32,000 nucleotides of DNA from Calothrix sp. PCC 7103 (lineage in GTDB: Bacteria; Cyanobacteriota; Cyanobacteriia; Cyanobacteriales; Nostocaceae). The first letter of the stretch is position 1, and the number at the start of each line of letters is the position of its first letter. The position numbers and the translations under genes are program-made. The notes beneath the pieces were generated by a model. It saw nothing but the letters and a program-made list of their open reading frames with translations. It was not told where the DNA came from and ran no database searches. The stretch is from the NCBI GenBank assembly GCA_000331305.1, contig KB217483.1, positions 1,071,937 through 1,103,936 of the forward strand, in the 5' to 3' direction. Positions 9,190-19,036 of this stretch are shown in pieces.

Positions 9190-12084
9190 TTGTCATACGA
9201 TAACTTTGATGAATTAGAAGCAGCTTTTGAAATAGCCCAGACAAAATGGCAACAAGGCAATTTACTCGCAGCTTATGATGATTTGTCTAAAATTTTTACC
9301 TACCGACTTTTAAATTCTCAATTAATTGATGCAGATTTGAAGGTGATTCAATCCCTCGCTGACTTAGCTGGTATCTTAGGTGAATTTCAAGTTGCAGATG
9401 ACTTACTTTGTGGTGCAGTTGGTTTATACCAACAAGCAAACAGCGAACCCTTAACTGATTATGCAAACCTCAGACGCATTCAATTGTCTTTAGATAAAGG
9501 AGATTTATACCAAGCACAAAAATTATTGCAAGAAATGTCTCCACGCATTGGTGATATTAATGATATAGAGTTTTCTTCCTCCGGATTATTACAGTGGGAG
9601 AATAGTTGTATTTGGCGCCATGCAAATTCAAAAGATAGAACTGTATTATTTGCCGAATTATATCTGGCAATGGGACGACTATCAAGTGCATTAGGGCAAT
9701 ATAGTCAGGCATTAGAAGCCTTACAAAGAGGTATATTTCATGCTCAAGTGGAGACAACACCCGATTTAGCAAAGCAAACATTACTACCATTAAAGCTAGC
9801 AATTGCCGCAGCATATCTCGAAAAAGGCGATTTTGAGCAAGCCGACAATTACCTGTCACTGCTCAAAAAGCCAATAGATAGCTCACAACACCTGGAGTAT
9901 CAAATTCGTTGGCTGGAGCTATCGGGTAAACTCCATCTACTGTGGGGAAATTTGGGTGCAGGATTAAAACGATTTCAGGAAGTTCAAGAAAAATGTACAA
10001 TCATGCGCTCTCAACGGGCAGTTTTGCGCTCTAACCTCAATCTTGCCCATATTTTAATTCTCCTTAACCAAACAAGCACAGCTCAACAATATTTAGTAGA
10101 TACTCAAAACAATGCTTTAGCGATTGGCGATAAAGCTTTAGCAGCAAGGGCAGAATTGTTACTACAGCTTGCTGGCGCCCGTAGCCGTTCTTTGGTAGCA
10201 GAAAGTCCTGTAGGAATGTCAGTAGTGGATATGCGTAATAAACAAAAACACTACAAGCAAACAGTAGAAGAGCTATGGGAATCACCCAATTTCTCAACTC
10301 AATCCCCTAATTATTTAGCTTGGTTTGAAGACCGTGCCCTAGCCTTCCAATGGTATTTAAGTAATCTAGAGTTTAAAAATGCCAACGATTTTCTTCAAAA
10401 AATCAAAAAGGTTTTTAAGTCTACAGACTCCCAATTTATTCAAGTACAAATACAAATATTATCAGGCATATTTTCTTACTATCAAGGAACAGAACGTAAT
10501 GATATTACGAAAATTAACCAAGCCCATCAAATTTTAGAAGCAATTTGCCCCCAACTAGAGGAAATGTCTTTAAAACCCGAACTTTGGCAAGTACAGCGAG
10601 TATTAATTTGGTGTCGCACACGGTTAAATTATCCACTTTCCGAAATTGAAGCTTTAACAACATCAACAAATCTGCTACTTGAACAAATGACATCATCGCT
10701 AACACCAGAAGACCAAGTATTTTATTTGCTCAATAAATGGACAGCAGATGAGGAATACATTGCCGCACAAATAAACCAACTACAGCGCTTGCAACTAAAA
10801 CTCAGCAAGGCTATTTTTTTCCACCGTCCTTGGCTACAATGGCAACTGATACAAAAGCTAAATCCTTTAGTCGAGCATATTGATCGCTATAAAGATGCTT
10901 TAGCCAAGCGTACAATCAAAGGCGAACGCTCTCAAGTGCAACTTCTCCCACCAGGTTCACTTTTATTGCGTATCCTTACTCACCCCAAAAATCGAGTCAC
11001 CCTTTCATTTCTAATTTTACCCGATCGCGTTTTAGTAGTTAAAACTAGTCAATTTTTATTTGATTTTCATGTCATTCCCACTACTCGTTTAGCAGTACGT
11101 AATATCGTTCGACGCTGGTATCAAAACATCGACACTCTTAACGGTGGTCGAGATATGAACCTCGCTGCTAATAACGATTACGAGCAACAAATAACATCCG
11201 CAAATGAAGTCGGGCAACAAATAACCGATAATCTCGCGGACATTTTACAACTACCACAAATACTTGAGTGTATACCCAAACATATCCAAGCATTAACAAT
11301 AATACCTGATGACATCTTACACGGATTCCCCTTTGCCTGCATTACTTACAAAGGAAAGTATTTAATCAAACATTATGCCCTGGCGATCGCATATGAATCT
11401 AAAAATAAACCAATTCAACCTAAACGACCTATCCCCTTGAAAAAACAAGCACTTGTTATTGGTATATCCAATGGCAATAAACATTTTCGTCCCTTACCCG
11501 GAGTCAAAAGAGAATTACAGCATATTAATAAATGGTTAGACCAGCATCAAATTAAGCATTTGCAATTGGAAAATAATAATGCTCATAAAGCCGCTATTGT
11601 AGAAACTATATCCAAAGCAACACTGCTCCACATGGCTTGTCATGGAATTTTTGAGCCAAATCAACCCGATAGCTCAGGACTAGTACTAATTTCCGACTCA
11701 GGAGAACAGGAAGTTCTTAGTCTCAGGGAACTCTCCGAGATTGACTTAACAAAATTACGCCATGCAACTCTCTCCTCCTGTTGGTCTGCTGACCACTTTA
11801 TACTTCCCAGACGTTGGATTATTAGCTTACCAGAAACCCTCTGGCGAGCAGGGACTCAAAGTATTTTAGGTTCTCTGTGGGAGGTAGACGATAAAATAGC
11901 GATATCTTTTATGGCTAGATTTTATGATTACTTGGACAAGTTTCCACGAGATGAAGCCCTGCGTCGTACACAGCTAGATTGTCTTGAAGGTAGCTTACCG
12001 AATTGTGGTGCTGAAACATTTAATCCCAAATTTTGGGCTGGGTTTAATTTGTATGGAGACTACCGACCTTTGATGAAAATTTAA
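9190..12084 (+). CDS. TPR-like repeat protein with C-terminal CHAT (caspase-like) protease domain, 964 aa
   Basis: The C-terminus has the CHAT catalytic dyad context: LLHMACHGIF (His codon 11641-11643) and ATLSSCWSA (Cys codon 11779-11781). The helical-repeat N-terminal ~600 aa is typical of TPR-CHAT proteins. TTG start with GAGG 8 nt upstream. Confidence 0.85.
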   Translation: MSYDNFDELEAAFEIAQTKWQQGNLLAAYDDLSKIFTYRLLNSQLIDADLKVIQSLADLAGILGEFQVADDLLCGAVGLYQQANSEPLTDYANLRRIQLSLDKGDLYQAQKLLQEMSPRIGDINDIEFSSSGLLQWENSCIWRHANSKDRTVLFAELYLAMGRLSSALGQYSQALEALQRGIFHAQVETTPDLAKQTLLPLKLAIAAAYLEKGDFEQADNYLSLLKKPIDSSQHLEYQIRWLELSGKLHLLWGNLGAGLKRFQEVQEKCTIMRSQRAVLRSNLNLAHILILLNQTSTAQQYLVDTQNNALAIGDKALAARAELLLQLAGARSRSLVAESPVGMSVVDMRNKQKHYKQTVEELWESPNFSTQSPNYLAWFEDRALAFQWYLSNLEFKNANDFLQKIKKVFKSTDSQFIQVQIQILSGIFSYYQGTERNDITKINQAHQILEAICPQLEEMSLKPELWQVQRVLIWCRTRLNYPLSEIEALTTSTNLLLEQMTSSLTPEDQVFYLLNKWTADEEYIAAQINQLQRLQLKLSKAIFFHRPWLQWQLIQKLNPLVEHIDRYKDALAKRTIKGERSQVQLLPPGSLLLRILTHPKNRVTLSFLILPDRVLVVKTSQFLFDFHVIPTTRLAVRNIVRRWYQNIDTLNGGRDMNLAANNDYEQQITSANEVGQQITDNLADILQLPQILECIPKHIQALTIIPDDILHGFPFACITYKGKYLIKHYALAIAYESKNKPIQPKRPIPLKKQALVIGISNGNKHFRPLPGVKRELQHINKWLDQHQIKHLQLENNNAHKAAIVETISKATLLHMACHGIFEPNQPDSSGLVLISDSGEQEVLSLRELSEIDLTKLRHATLSSCWSADHFILPRRWIISLPETLWRAGTQSILGSLWEVDDKIAISFMARFYDYLDKFPRDEALRRTQLDCLEGSLPNCGAETFNPKFWAGFNLYGDYRPLMKI

Positions 12085-12202
12085 TTCACGGCGCCTTGTA
12101 GGGTGGCAAACGAGATACGTACAAAATAGGTTATGTAATACAACAACTTTGTAACGTTTACTAGAAAAGCGCTTTTTATTGTTTAGTGTTTAGTGTTTAG
12201 AT

Positions 12203-12679
12203 ATGCAGTTGAATTTATTAGATCAGATATTACCAGGAGTAGCAACAGCTTCTGTAACTATGGCTTTGGCAGTTGCTATTACCACAACCAATCAACCCAC
12301 TTACGCTGGGAATAACAAATTAGTCGCATCTGTGCAGCCAATGCTTACTGCACAAGCTGTTAATAAAACCGTATATGTTATATTGTTCAACCCTCATACT
12401 GACGATGAAGGAATTTACACGATTCTTTTTAATGATCGTAACAATGTATTGATGTTTGAATTAGCCAAAGATGCAAACGATTTTGTCAAAAAGGTAATTG
12501 AAGAAAAACCAAATAATGTGAATATTCCAACACCAGTAGTTAAAGCTATCAATGCTCAAGAAGTTATAACTTTTTGTCAAACAAAAGGTTATGACTACGA
12601 GTTAATTCCTGCTGGAAAGAAAATAACACCACCTTCGACTTGGTTTGACGAGCTTTCCGACCCGTCTATGAATAAATAG
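12203..12679 (+). CDS. DUF3110-like cyanobacterial protein
   Basis: VYVILFNPHTDDEGIYTILFNDRNNVLMFELAKDANDF ... FCQTKGYDYELIPAG matches my memory of the DUF3110 pattern. Confidence 0.55.
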   Translation: MQLNLLDQILPGVATASVTMALAVAITTTNQPTYAGNNKLVASVQPMLTAQAVNKTVYVILFNPHTDDEGIYTILFNDRNNVLMFELAKDANDFVKKVIEEKPNNVNIPTPVVKAINAQEVITFCQTKGYDYELIPAGKKITPPSTWFDELSDPSMNK

Positions 12680-13225
12680 TAGGCTATCAGTCGAGATAAC
12701 GGCAAAATGGAGCATATTGTAAGTATTTGCAAAGCTAATTAGCAAAAACCTTGCTTTGCCGTTGTTTCAGCCTTAACCTAAACTTAACTATTTAGATGAA
12801 GACATTCCCAAAAAGAGTCATTTACGGGCAAGTGTCAGGAACATAAAAGCTTGCGGGGTGCGCGTTGGTGTATAATCTACCATCAAGGCACCTCCGCATT
12901 GGCACGAAGGCTAAATAATTTAATCTAAAAACAAATGTTTTACTCGATACACAAATATTGGTTTTTGTCAATATATTAGTAGACTAACGCTTTAGGTAAA
13001 ATGCACTTGCTGCTTTTATCTCAGATTTTACGCGCTCAGATAAACACTGTACCGAAGTTGCATTTCCGACTGGCGCCTTGCCATATTCCTTGAAAAAATT
13101 AAAACAAATCTTTCACAACCTGCATAAATATACGTAAATCAATTCGTATCTCCTAATGAAGGGGTTCAAACAATATAACTCACTCCAAAAGCAATACCTC
13201 AACATTATTCATAGGAGATAATAAC

Positions 13226-13606
13226 ATGAAAACATGGAAATTGGCACTAACAACTCTAGTGTTAGTAACTTCAACTTGTCTTCCCAAAGCGCAAGCAATT
13301 AGCTTATCAAAAACCGAAGTCAATCAATCTGAATCAACATTATTAGCATCATCTACTCAAATTGCGCTCAATGACACCTACTGGGGACCAGAGAGAGATT
13401 TTTCTATTCAGATGCCTGGTGCTGTACAAGAAAATCAATATAGGAAATTAATCTCATGGAGTGACACAAGCGAAACTGCCTACGTTATTCTCCACAGAGA
13501 CCTGCCAGTTGAAGCAGCTTATTTATCTGCTGACCAAATTCGTGAAACATTACAGACTTCAATGCGAGGAGAAATGACAACTACAGGAAAAATTGTGAAA
13601 TTGTGA
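13226..13606 (+). CDS. Small secreted protein (signal peptide)
   Basis: MKTWKLALTTLVLVTSTCLPKAQA|ISL is a Sec-type signal with an AxA site. AGGAGA lies upstream. The stop overlaps the next gene's GTG (GTGA). Confidence 0.55.
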   Translation: MKTWKLALTTLVLVTSTCLPKAQAISLSKTEVNQSESTLLASSTQIALNDTYWGPERDFSIQMPGAVQENQYRKLISWSDTSETAYVILHRDLPVEAAYLSADQIRETLQTSMRGEMTTTGKIVKL

Positions 13607-15066
13607 AAAATTACCAACATCTATTTCAAAATCAAGAAATACGTAGATTGTTGGATAATCATCTGTTAAATAAAGATATTTGGCATCAGGTTGATGATTT
13701 AGGATTAGAAGTATCCGAACATTTAAGTATATGGACTTTAAATTTTACAGAAATTCATCAAGAGCAGTTAAAAATTCTAGCGAAAGTTTATATTTTGATA
13801 AAATGTAAATTATTAAGAAGCGTAACTCTCAACGGACATTTGACAACGCTCAGAAAATTTTCTAATTTTTTGAGAGTAAAGAACATTGATAAACTAGAAG
13901 AAATTGATAATCTGGTTTTTGATAATTTGGATTCTTATTTATGTTCTCAAGGTTTATCAAAACCTACTATTTGTCAATACTACATAAATCTTTCCAGCTT
14001 TTTTGATACTTGTCGTTTAGAAGGATGGATAAATGTTAATACTTATTGGTTTCAGGGAAGAAAAACATCAATCAGTCTTAATAATGAGAGAATTGATTAT
14101 ATACCTGAAGAAGTTTGGAATCAGCTTGAAGAAAATCTTCACCTTTTACCAGAACAACTGCAAAGAATGGTTTTGATTATTAGAACAACAGGATTAAGAA
14201 TAGGAGAATTAGTAAATTTACCTTTAAATTGTCTTAGGAAACGGAATGAACAATGGCGACTACGACTAAAAGAAACCGAAAAATATGAAATCGAAGATGA
14301 ATTACCAATAAATATACCCGAATTAGTATTAGTAATTCAAGAACAACAAAACTATATTAAACAAACTTTTGGGTCAAGTTATAATCATCTATTTTGTACC
14401 CTTTATAAAGCAAGAGTTGTGAATAAAGATGAAAAATGCCACTTGAAAAAGCCTGTTGCAAAGGTTATGAAGTCAGTAAATTTTAACAGATGGTTAAATT
14501 GGTTAGCAAAAACAGCTCATATTTGCGACTCTTCAGGTATGGTGTGGAAATTTTCTTCACATCAATTTCGTAGGACAATCGCAACTATAATGACTAATGT
14601 CGGCATCCGTGACTTGATTATTCAAAAATATTTAAGGCATCGTTCTCCTGATATGCTTTCTTACTATAAGCATATTATGAAAGAAGTGCTAGAAAAAGAA
14701 TACGAAGAATTAATTAAAGAAAAAAAGTATGTTGATATTACAGGAAAAGTAGTGGATTCTTATAAACCAACAAATCCGATAACAACGCTACTCAGACACA
14801 AAATGTTTCAAATTACAACGCAATATGGTGAGTGTCATCGTCCGACATTAAAAAATCCTTGCCCGACAGTAAATGCTTGTTGGAGATGCAAGGAATGGCG
14901 TGTAAGTAATGAAGATTTAGAAGATTTAAAAGAAGATTTACAGCGAGTAGAAAATGAACTTCAAATTGCAGAAGCACTAGGAATGCTTAGACAACAACAA
15001 GGTTTAGAAAACGACCGAAATATTCTTCGTAAGTGTATTATAGCTTTAGGAAATAATTATGATTGA
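13603..15066 (+). CDS. Tyrosine recombinase (Tn554 TnpA-like), 487 aa
   Basis: Catalytic pattern RTTGLRIGEL ... SSHQFRRT ... YLRHRSPDMLSYY. Cys-rich tail CHRPTLKNPCPTVNACWRC. GTG start. Confidence 0.8.
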   Translation: MKNYQHLFQNQEIRRLLDNHLLNKDIWHQVDDLGLEVSEHLSIWTLNFTEIHQEQLKILAKVYILIKCKLLRSVTLNGHLTTLRKFSNFLRVKNIDKLEEIDNLVFDNLDSYLCSQGLSKPTICQYYINLSSFFDTCRLEGWINVNTYWFQGRKTSISLNNERIDYIPEEVWNQLEENLHLLPEQLQRMVLIIRTTGLRIGELVNLPLNCLRKRNEQWRLRLKETEKYEIEDELPINIPELVLVIQEQQNYIKQTFGSSYNHLFCTLYKARVVNKDEKCHLKKPVAKVMKSVNFNRWLNWLAKTAHICDSSGMVWKFSSHQFRRTIATIMTNVGIRDLIIQKYLRHRSPDMLSYYKHIMKEVLEKEYEELIKEKKYVDITGKVVDSYKPTNPITTLLRHKMFQITTQYGECHRPTLKNPCPTVNACWRCKEWRVSNEDLEDLKEDLQRVENELQIAEALGMLRQQQGLENDRNILRKCIIALGNNYD

Positions 15067-16857
15067 AATTAATTGGAATCAAGATTATAAAAAAGAATTT
15101 ATCTGCCCTAGATGCGATAAATATGGATTAAAGTTGCAAGGTACTAATAAACATGGTAAAAGACGGTTAAAATGTGACAATTGTCGAAGAGTAATTAGTA
15201 TCTGTTGTGATTTAAAGAAAAATAAAATATTTTTTGATTTCAAGACAAACACTACATGGATTTGGGGGCAAAAAGTCAATGAATTTATTTGTCCTACATG
15301 TGGAGATACAAATATATTTTTTTATGGAATGTGTAGTCTTACTGGGAAAAAACGATTTTATTGTAAAACGTGTAAAAAATATACTTATGATGCTATAGAG
15401 CTAGCACGTGGGAATGTGAGTAGAATTAGTCATAAAGATATAGCAATAAAAGCATTTAAATTTGAAGAAGATACGTGGGATTTAAGAAGTATTATTTCTA
15501 GTTGTGATAGTCGTAATATCGATTATATTTTATACTTTAATACTCTGAAACCGCAATGGTTAAAAATGTTAGTTAAAAAATATATTTATCACTTGTGTAA
15601 ATTAGAAATATCACCGAAAAAATTAACGCTAATCATATGGTTAGCTTTCGTTTTTTCTCTCGTTATTTGGTAGAAAAAAATATTGATAGTATCAAACAAA
15701 TAAATCGCAGCGTTGTTCTTGACTTTCTTAGTCACCAATCTACTAGCCAAGCTGTCAGACATAGATTAGGAACTTTAAAAGACTTTTTCTACATAGGAAC
15801 ATCCCAAGGATGGTTTAATTTTGACCAAGATATAATTCGAGATACTGATTACCCCAAATATAGATTAGGAAATCCAGATCCACTAGACGATACAGTTAGA
15901 GAACAAATAGAAAAAAACTTGCATATATTACCTGACTCAATTGCCCGAATGTGGATTATCACATTTTTTGCAGCATTACGTCCTTCAGAACTGGCTTTTT
16001 TAAAGAAAGATTGTTTAGTGCAAGATGGAGCTAGTTGGAAAATTGTTTGGAATAGAAAAAAGGGAAAAAATCAACATGAAGTTCCTGTGACACGAGTAAT
16101 TGCTAAAGTTATTCAAGAGCAGCAGTCATATATTAATAATTTATGGGGCAATGAATGGGAATACTTGTTCTGTCACTATCAAAATATATCTGAGACTGAC
16201 CCAAGCCAACCAAATTTAGAACCAGTAAAAAAAGTAATTCCTAAGAGTTGTAACTCATTTACAAAATCTATTCGTTGCTTAATAAAAGCTCTTAATATTC
16301 GAGATGAAAATAATCAACTAGCAATATTTAGCCATCGTTTAGTTCGCCCAACTCGTTTAACTCAACTTTTTGAACAAGGGCATGACCTTACTGTTGTGAG
16401 TGCATGGGCAGGTCATAAAAAATTAGCAACAACAATTCTTCATTATACAAAAGTTAGTTGTGACTTAATAGAGAAAGAGGCTGGACATATTCAAAAGGCA
16501 CTATTTAATAATGATGGTAAACCTTTATATTATGAGTCTATGCCTCAAACATTTTGGAAAAATCCTCGCACTCATGAGTTGAATTTATCAGGTGACCATA
16601 TTAACACTCCTATCTATGGTTATTGTGGACTTCCTTTAGACCAAAATTGTGATAAGTTTCGTGCCTGTTATACTTGTAGTTGTTTTGCTGCCACACTTGA
16701 AAAATTACCTCTGTACATTAAAACCCGCGATGAGCTTAGAGCCAAAGAGTCTAATGCTTTGGCAAATGGGCATGATGTATTAGTAGAACAATTTGGGCGA
16801 CAAGCTGCCCAATTAGATAAAATTATTGTTAGCTTGCAAGGAGGAAATTACTCATGA
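15059..16857 (+). CDS. Second tyrosine recombinase (Tn554 TnpB-like, ~600 aa) with N-terminal double zinc ribbon; split into two track ORFs by a frameshift at A6 (15617-15622)
   Basis: Zinc ribbons: CPRCDK...CDNCRR and CPTCGD...CKTCKK. Catalytic pattern ALRPSEL ... SHRLVRPTR ... GHKKLATTILHY. Reading ...CKLEISPKK then -1 to INANHMVSFRFFSRYL aligns colinearly with CKLLRSVTLNGHLTTLRKFSNFL of the upstream paralogue. Confidence 0.75.
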
Positions 16858-17708
16858 TACCTGACCAAAAAGAAGCTCGTATTAAAATCCTTACTGACAC
16901 TCAAGCAGCAAGAAAACAAGAGGCTTTAAAGAAAGTTGAGAACGCGATTGAGCGTCTACAAAAAATCGGTGCTAAAATCAATTTTCAAACTATAGCGAAA
17001 GAAGCTTCGGTTAGCGTTCCATATTTATATAAATATCCAGAATTAAAAGCGCATATAGCTCAATTGCGCTCCCAACAATCATCAATGCCATCAGAACCTT
17101 ATATACAACCACCTGTTACAGCGAAAGCTCACTCTCAAGTTGTAGAACGTTTAAAAAAACGTATCCATGAATTAGAAGCTGATTTGAGCGAGTTTAGACG
17201 TAAAAATGAAGCATTAGCAGGACAAGTTTATCGAGTACATTCTTTAATTGAACAAGTTGAACGTCAAAAAGAAATTATAGAAACCTTAGAAAATCGTTTA
17301 AAATCAGCCAATCAGCAAGTAACTGAAAGTAAAGTTATTCCTCTAAATAAAAAGTCAGTAGTTGTAAGTGAGCGTATATTAGCTGAACTGAATGAAATAG
17401 GAATAGAACTCAACAATAATTTAACCAAACTTATTGAAAATGCCACAGAATCGGATATTTTGGCAGCTATTGAATATTATAAATATGAGCAAGAACGAAC
17501 AAATATTCAAAATCCTGGTGGGTGGTTAGCTCGTGCAATTAAAGAGCGTTGGAAGAAACCAGATATACATCAAAACTTAAAGGCTGAAAAATTATCAAAA
17601 GAACCGGAACTATTTTCCAGCAACGCCACGCTATGCAATAGAAAGTTTGTATCTCTTGAAGAACTTGTAAATATTAGTAATATATTTGATAGTGAATCAG
17701 ATGACTGA
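16854..17708 (+). CDS. DUF6262/Tn554 TnpC-like HTH protein with long coiled-coil C-terminal extension (284 aa)
   Basis: The N-terminus KQEALKKVENAIERLQKIGAKINFQTIAKEASVSVPYLYKYPELKAHIAQLR matches the pattern I recall for DUF6262 proteins next to recombinase pairs. ATGA overlap with the upstream gene. C-terminal motif NPGGWLARAIKERW. Confidence 0.6.
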   Translation: MIPDQKEARIKILTDTQAARKQEALKKVENAIERLQKIGAKINFQTIAKEASVSVPYLYKYPELKAHIAQLRSQQSSMPSEPYIQPPVTAKAHSQVVERLKKRIHELEADLSEFRRKNEALAGQVYRVHSLIEQVERQKEIIETLENRLKSANQQVTESKVIPLNKKSVVVSERILAELNEIGIELNNNLTKLIENATESDILAAIEYYKYEQERTNIQNPGGWLARAIKERWKKPDIHQNLKAEKLSKEPELFSSNATLCNRKFVSLEELVNISNIFDSESDD

Positions 17709-19017
17709 CAAAATACCACCTCAAAATCTTGAAGCAGAAGAAAATATACTTGGTGGTTGCTTACTAGACCCCAATGCGATTGGCAGAATTGCTGATATTT
17801 TAACGCCAGAAGCATTTTATTTTTCTGTTCATCAACAAATTTACAAAGCAATATTAGAATTGTATAGTCACTCATTACCAACTGATTTATTAGCAGTTAC
17901 TTCTTGGCTAGCCGACAAGAATCTATTAACTAAAATTGGCGGTAAAAATCAACTAAGTAAATTAGTTGAAACAACAGTATCAGCCATAAATATAGACCAC
18001 ATAGCAAATATTGTTTTAGATAAATATCAGCGTCGGCAGCTAATTAGCATTGGTCATGAAATTGTTGAACTCGGCTATGATGAAACATTTCAAACTAAAC
18101 AAGTATTAGAGCGGTCAGAAAGCCGAATATTTAATTTAAATTCAAATCAACAAGATAAATTTAAACCACAAATAATAAGTGATTGCCTGCGTGAAGTATT
18201 TCAAGAGTTAAAACAAGGATATTCTCCAGGGTATCCAACTGGATTAAAAGATTTAGATGTCCTAATTGGAGGACTAAATAAACAGGATTTAATCGTAATT
18301 GCCGCAAGAGCATCAATGGGTAAAACTTGGTTAGGGTGCTATTTTACTAACTATATTGCTATGCAGCAACTACCTGTTGTTTTCTTCTCCGCCGAAATGT
18401 CTAAATTACAATTAACTAAAAGATTTTTAGCAATGCATTCTGGTATTGATTCTAGTAGGCTAATTCGTAATCAAATATATACTGACGAGATGGATAACTT
18501 AAAACAAGCTTTGGTTATTTTAAACCAACTACCCATTATCATTGATGATACACCTGCACTGTATCAAAATCCATTCAGGATATGTTCTGTTTTACGAAAA
18601 GTTAAGTCCGAACGAGGCAATTTAGGTTTAGTAGTTATGGATTATATCCAAAAACTTGGTGATAGGGCAGCAAGTAATAGAGCGCAATCAGTTGGTCAAT
18701 TCTCTGGCGCCTTTAAAGATATTGCTAAAGAATTTGATGTTCCATTTGTCGCTTTAGCTCAAATTAATAGAGGTGTTGAAAGTCAAACAAATAAACGCCC
18801 AACAATGGCGGATATTAAAGATTCTGGCGATATTGAACAAGATATGGATGTAGGATTACTTCTTTACCGAGACGAATATTATAACCCGAACACAATAGAC
18901 TTGGGATTAATGGAGATAAATGTCGCAAAAAATCGTAATGGCGCAACGGGTATTTGCAAAGTTAAATTTTCTGCTTCTATTGGAACGTTTTGTAATACTG
19001 TAGTTTCTCAAGGCTAA
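17686..19017 (+). CDS. dnaB: Replicative DNA helicase DnaB (probable start ATG 17701)
   Basis: NLEAEENILGGCLLDP N-terminal motif, Walker A AARASMGKTW, DYIQKL, ALAQINRGVE, KNRNGATG. The ATGACTGA overlap with the upstream stop has the same architecture as ATGATTGA at 15059. Confidence 0.9.
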   Translation: MIVNQMTDKIPPQNLEAEENILGGCLLDPNAIGRIADILTPEAFYFSVHQQIYKAILELYSHSLPTDLLAVTSWLADKNLLTKIGGKNQLSKLVETTVSAINIDHIANIVLDKYQRRQLISIGHEIVELGYDETFQTKQVLERSESRIFNLNSNQQDKFKPQIISDCLREVFQELKQGYSPGYPTGLKDLDVLIGGLNKQDLIVIAARASMGKTWLGCYFTNYIAMQQLPVVFFSAEMSKLQLTKRFLAMHSGIDSSRLIRNQIYTDEMDNLKQALVILNQLPIIIDDTPALYQNPFRICSVLRKVKSERGNLGLVVMDYIQKLGDRAASNRAQSVGQFSGAFKDIAKEFDVPFVALAQINRGVESQTNKRPTMADIKDSGDIEQDMDVGLLLYRDEYYNPNTIDLGLMEINVAKNRNGATGICKVKFSASIGTFCNTVVSQG

Positions 19018-19036
19018 CAAAGAATATTATTGTTGA

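Larger units (their letters stand above)
13603..17708 (+). mobile_element. Tn554-like recombinase module (two tyrosine recombinases + DUF6262/TnpC-like); element ends unresolved
   Basis: Gene order, sizes and overlapping start/stop junctions resemble the Tn554 tnpA-tnpB-tnpC organisation. The block contains no GGCGCC site. An 8-bp tandem ATTGTGAA x2 (13592-13607) sits at the left junction. Confidence 0.5.

Noticed and set aside
7835-10705. Short antisense ORFs inside the two large genes (7835-8038, 9557-9859, 10064-10297, 10514-10705).
   Set aside because: They are embedded antisense in long, well-supported ORFs and have no motifs or start signals.
12846-12905. A GC-rich hairpin (GCGGGGTGC ... 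GCACCTCCGC) whose 5' end resembles a tRNA acceptor/D-arm.
   Set aside because: It is too short and has neither a T-arm nor a cloverleaf. I treat it as an unexplained intergenic hairpin, not an RNA gene.
15085-17881. Antisense ORFs 15085-15279 and 17570-17881.
   Set aside because: They are antisense to the recombinase and TnpC-like/DnaB coding sequence.
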